Of a stretch of 64,000 bases of DNA, positions 60,518 to 64,000 are shown one piece after another. Positions within the stretch are counted from its first letter, which is position 1, and each line of letters opens with the position of its first letter. The notes beneath the pieces were generated by a model. The model was not told the origin of the DNA. It saw only the letters and a list, made by a program, of their open reading frames with translations, and made no database searches. This DNA comes from Nitrospirota bacterium (GTDB lineage: Bacteria; Nitrospirota; UBA9217), in contig CAWBNQ010000014.1 in assembly GCA_963790205.1 (NCBI GenBank), forward strand, positions 1 through 64,000, read 5' to 3'. A program made the translations under genes and the position numbers.

Positions 60518-60877
60518 TCAACCTTTTTTAACTTTGATAACATAGAGCCGTCCGCATCCGTCCATAAAGCCCTTGGGTTCGCCTGACGAGCGGTGCGTTC
60601 GCCAGTTATAACTCAGCACCGTATCGTCGTAATCCTTGCCGGCGACCATATCGGAACTGTCCTTGGACAGCCGGGCAGCCGCCAGATCGAGGGCCTGCAC
60701 CATTATTTCTCCCACGTTCTTTCCGGTGGGGTCCATGAGATACAGCGCGCCGCAGGAGCTGCAGGTGCCGCCGAGCACCGTTTCCATTGCGCTGATCTTC
60801 ATCTCCGCCGGCCGCGCCAGTTTGCTGCGGCAAAACGGACAGCTGAGCTCAACGCCTTCCCTTGTTGCTTCCCTCAA
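60518..60877 (-). CDS. Hypothetical CxxC...CxxC protein in the dsr operon
   Basis: CPFC and CSSC, DPTGKNVG; start overlaps the dsrN stop. Confidence 0.7.
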   Translation of the reverse strand: MREATREGVELSCPFCRSKLARPAEMKISAMETVLGGTCSSCGALYLMDPTGKNVGEIMVQALDLAAARLSKDSSDMVAGKDYDDTVLSYNWRTHRSSGEPKGFMDGCGRLYVIKVKKG

Positions 60878-62286
60878 ATCAAAACCCGCTTTCCGGACTT
60901 TTCAGCGCTCCGGTATTCATGAGCCTTTTTTACCATGGATGGCGCCCACTCCGGAGTGCCGAGCGCATGTATGTGCGTATATGCGGCCAGAACGTTTTTA
61001 TAAGCCAGGCCGTCGTACTTGCCGTTGATACCGCCGCCGCGAGTCACATGATACGCCATCGGGGGCAAGACGTCAAGGTTCACTATGCGGGAATAGTGAA
61101 ATTCATGCCCGCGGATGATAACGCCCTTGTCAAGAAACGCGCTCTCGCCGCCTGCTTCGAGCACCGTATATCCATGCGCCTGCGGTTTTTTTTCGAGAAC
61201 AAAATCCACCGGGAGTACCGCGGTCATGGGATAGGTCTTATCGCCGACCGTGAGGCTCCTGCCGAGATAGATCAAACCGCCGCATTCCGCGTAAATGGGG
61301 AGCCCCTGCTCAGCGGCCTCCCTGACCGACCGGCAGAAGCTTTCATTTGCCGCCAGCTCCGCAGCCTGTGTCTCGGGAAAGCCGCCGCCTATGTACAAAG
61401 CGTCGAGATCGGGCAACGCCCTGTCTTTCAGAGCATTAATGACCTTAAGGCGCGCCCCCTGACCTTCGAGTGCTTCTAAATTATCAGGATAATAAAACTG
61501 AAAAGCAGTATCTCTAATGACCCCGATGACTGGATACCCGGCGTCCCTCTCATGCCGTGTCTTGGACAGAACCGGTTTCAGCGCATCGAGGGCCGGCGTA
61601 TCGCAGGCAATTCCCCAGAGAGCATCGAGGTCGAGGTATTGTTCAGCTGCCGCTGCCGCGGCGTTTAAAGCCTGTTCCACCTCGGGATGTTCGTGAAAGG
61701 GCGTCAGCCCCATGTGGCGCTCGGGGAACTCTCCCCTTCGCTGTCTCGGGACTGCTCCGACCACGCGCAGGCCGCTGCTCTGCTCGATTGCTTTCCGGAC
61801 CACGGTTTCGTGACGGCCCGGTGAGACGTTATTCAGGATGACGCCTTTGAGGTCCACTCCGGGGTCGAAGTTTCGACAACCCAGGACCACTGCTGCGACC
61901 GTGCTCGATGCTTTCGTGCAATCAACGATAAGCGCCACAGGGGTCTTGAGCAGTTTTGCCAGCCGTGCCGTGCTGTAGGTGCCCGCTTCATCAACGCCGT
62001 CGTAAAGACCACGGTTGCCTTCGATCACCGCTGCATCCGAACCCGTCGTGTGCTCTCCAAAGGACCGCAGGATGCGTTCCTGCTCCATGATAAAAAGATC
62101 GAGATTATAACACGGTCCACCCGCTGCCGCGCCAAGCCATCCTGCGTCGATAAAATCAGGTCCCTTTTTAAAAACCGCGACCCGCCTGCCCTGCTTGCGC
62201 CAGGCAGCGGTAATGCCGATTGCGAGGGTTGTTTTGCCAAGCCCTCCCCGCGTGGCTGAAATTACCAGCCTCGGTATTGTCTGCAT
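60874..62286 (-). CDS. dsrN: DsrN siroheme amidase (CbiA-like)
   Basis: GGLGKTT, KKGPDFID, EGNRGLYDG, AECGG, GHEFHYS; dsr context. Confidence 0.9.
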   Translation of the reverse strand: MQTIPRLVISATRGGLGKTTLAIGITAAWRKQGRRVAVFKKGPDFIDAGWLGAAAGGPCYNLDLFIMEQERILRSFGEHTTGSDAAVIEGNRGLYDGVDEAGTYSTARLAKLLKTPVALIVDCTKASSTVAAVVLGCRNFDPGVDLKGVILNNVSPGRHETVVRKAIEQSSGLRVVGAVPRQRRGEFPERHMGLTPFHEHPEVEQALNAAAAAAEQYLDLDALWGIACDTPALDALKPVLSKTRHERDAGYPVIGVIRDTAFQFYYPDNLEALEGQGARLKVINALKDRALPDLDALYIGGGFPETQAAELAANESFCRSVREAAEQGLPIYAECGGLIYLGRSLTVGDKTYPMTAVLPVDFVLEKKPQAHGYTVLEAGGESAFLDKGVIIRGHEFHYSRIVNLDVLPPMAYHVTRGGGINGKYDGLAYKNVLAAYTHIHALGTPEWAPSMVKKAHEYRSAEKSGKRVLI

Positions 62287-62522
62287 TACGATTGCGGGTT
62301 GGCCGAACCTTCCTTATGGGGGATCTCGACAGCAGTGCCGCCGAAATACGAATACACCAGCTTGCCGCCGTCTATCAGCACGCGAAGCGCGGCCTTCGTC
62401 TCGGCCTGGGTCGCGCCTTCAGCCTCCATGGCATTGCTGATGTCCTTGGGTTTCAGCTTCTTTTTGCCCTGCATCTTTTCTACCAATTCATATATTTTTT
62501 TCTGCAATTCGGCAGAGTCCAT
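62286..62522 (-). CDS. dsrD: DsrD
   Basis: Small basic wHTH-like protein right after dsrB; K.A...LID.GKLVY.YFGG. Confidence 0.82.
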   Translation of the reverse strand: MDSAELQKKIYELVEKMQGKKKLKPKDISNAMEAEGATQAETKAALRVLIDGGKLVYSYFGGTAVEIPHKEGSANPQS

Positions 62523-62558
62523 ATTCGTTACCTCCATTTAGATCGTTCAGATCACCAT

Positions 62559-62590
62559 AAAAACCGGCCCCGGTCTCTCACCGGGGCCGG
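62559..62590 (-). terminator. Hairpin/terminator between dsrB and dsrD
   Basis: 11-bp stem CCGGCCCCGGT/ACCGGGGCCGG plus T5 on the minus strand. Confidence 0.7.
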
Positions 62591-62605
62591 CATCACGTCA
62601 TACCA

Positions 62606-63679
62606 TTATTCCCACTTGAAGGTCGGGGTCATTCTGAACGTATCGCGTGCAAAGGTGAAATCGTCGATGTGCATCTGGGTGAATGCTATGCCGGTTATTT
62701 TGAAGAACCGCTCCCAGCCGATACGCTCGATCCACTCGCCCACACGCTCGTGTTTGCGCGCATCCTTGGCGTAGACCTCTACCAGGTGCTTCACGGCCTT
62801 CACGACCTCGGGCCATCGCGGAGGATTGTTCGGGAGGAACGGGATGGCCAGCTTGGACATGCGTGCCGGGCCGCGTGCGTTCGACACTTTGCCGCCGACC
62901 CAGATGGAGATGCCGTCGCCCGTCGCATCAGCAAGCGGGAGGGACGGGCACATCGTGTAGCAGTTGCCGCAGTACATGCAGCGGTCTTCCTTGATCTTCA
63001 CGGACTTCGCAGCCGGGTTCGGGCTGATGGCGCCGGTCGGGCAGGAAGCGATGGTCGTGGGGATCTCGCACTGGTTCCCGATCGTCTTCTCGTTCACCTT
63101 CGGGGGCTTGCGGTGAATGCCGAGGATGGCGATATCGGAGCAGTGCACGGCGCCGCACATGTTCAGGCAGCAGGCAAGCGCGATCCTGACCCTCGCCGGA
63201 AGCGTTTTCGTGGTAAAGTACTCGTGAAGTTCATCCATCACGGCCTTCACAACACCGGATGCGTCCGTTGCCGGGGTATGGCAGTGGACCCAGCCCTGGG
63301 TGTGCACAACGTTGCTGATTCCGTAGCCGATGCCGCCGGTCAGGTGGCCGCGCTTCTTGAGCTCGGCCTGGAGCGGTTCGACCTGCGCCTTGGCGGGAAA
63401 GAATTCGACGTTGTTACGCGTCGTAAAGCGCAGATGCCCGCCGGAGAATTTATCGGCGATTTCACAAAGCTCACGGATAAAATCGCTGCTCACAAGACGG
63501 GGAGACGCCATACGAACGGTGTAGAGCTCGTCGCCGGTCTCGGAAACATGCTTCATCGCGCCTTTGTTGATGATTTCATGGTACTTCCATTTCCCGTAGT
63601 TCTTCACGATCACGGGAGGCAAAAATTTGCTAAAGTGAGGAGCTCCAATATCGGTTATTCTCTTCGGTTTGTCAGCCAT
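62606..63679 (-). CDS. dsrB: Dissimilatory sulfite reductase beta subunit
   Basis: [33 protein letters not shown]. Confidence 0.97.
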   Translation of the reverse strand: MADKPKRITDIGAPHFSKFLPPVIVKNYGKWKYHEIINKGAMKHVSETGDELYTVRMASPRLVSSDFIRELCEIADKFSGGHLRFTTRNNVEFFPAKAQVEPLQAELKKRGHLTGGIGYGISNVVHTQGWVHCHTPATDASGVVKAVMDELHEYFTTKTLPARVRIALACCLNMCGAVHCSDIAILGIHRKPPKVNEKTIGNQCEIPTTIASCPTGAISPNPAAKSVKIKEDRCMYCGNCYTMCPSLPLADATGDGISIWVGGKVSNARGPARMSKLAIPFLPNNPPRWPEVVKAVKHLVEVYAKDARKHERVGEWIERIGWERFFKITGIAFTQMHIDDFTFARDTFRMTPTFKWE

Positions 63680-63699
63680 TCTAAGTTATCCTCCTTAAG

Positions 63700-64000
63700 T
63701 TATTTCACGTCTTCCGGTGACCAGAATACGTACGGGTTCGACCTGGGGGCTTTCACCATCTGCGGCACTGCCGGGAGACCGACTGCATCGAGCATGGACT
63801 TCATGCCCATACGGTCGACGAGCTCGCCGATACGCTCGCGGTTCTTGCCGTGGTCATCCCACCATTCCCACAGCTTGCGGATAAGCTCTTCGAGATTATC
63901 GTACGGTTTCTCAAGCTTCATGAAAGGAACAATGACCCAGCTCATGAGAGCGCCGGTCACGATCGGGGCCTTGCCGCCGAGCATGATGGTCGCGCCTTGC
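63700..64000 (-). CDS. dsrA: Dissimilatory sulfite reductase alpha subunit, 3' part (runs off the window)
   Basis: GATI..GGKAPI, RERIGE, PRSNPY. Confidence 0.95.
   Translation of the reverse strand, partial: QGATIMLGGKAPIVTGALMSWVIVPFMKLEKPYDNLEELIRKLWEWWDDHGKNRERIGELVDRMGMKSMLDAVGLPAVPQMVKAPRSNPYVFWSPEDVK

Overview
GC-rich bacterial chromosomal segment from an anaerobic sulfur-cycling organism; gene content suggests a Nitrospirota or Desulfobacterota-like lineage (inference). Left end: a compact SOS cassette (small ImuB-C/DUF6504-like ORF, Y-family polymerase, lexA) under a near-consensus sigma70 promoter with a GAAC-N4-GTTC operator, then hemerythrin, an orphan V/A-type ATPase subunit I, and a GIY-YIG nuclease bracketed by CGTCAT-type inverted repeats. 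The usual zapA-6S-(rarA)-rny-ymdB-xseA-xseB-ispA-dxs-tlyA run is present but split by about 22.6 kb of accessory DNA between xseA and xseB. That block holds an Lhr helicase with a duplicated 5' end around vapBC, an integron-cassette relic, an ECF sigma / CBM48 anti-sigma / secreted protein / outer-membrane barrel cluster, pntAAB, and a HEAT + HD-GYP pair. The right half has ftsY, yhaM, mscS, iscR-iscS-iscU-tusA, coaD, rsmD, nfeD-SPFH and a dissimilatory sulfite reductase cluster (dsrA partial, B, D, N, unknown ORF, C, fdx, H, E, F, T, M, K, J, O, P, plus a second fdx). No rRNA, tRNA, CRISPR array or intact transposase was recognised. All family calls come from reading motifs by eye, not from database searches.
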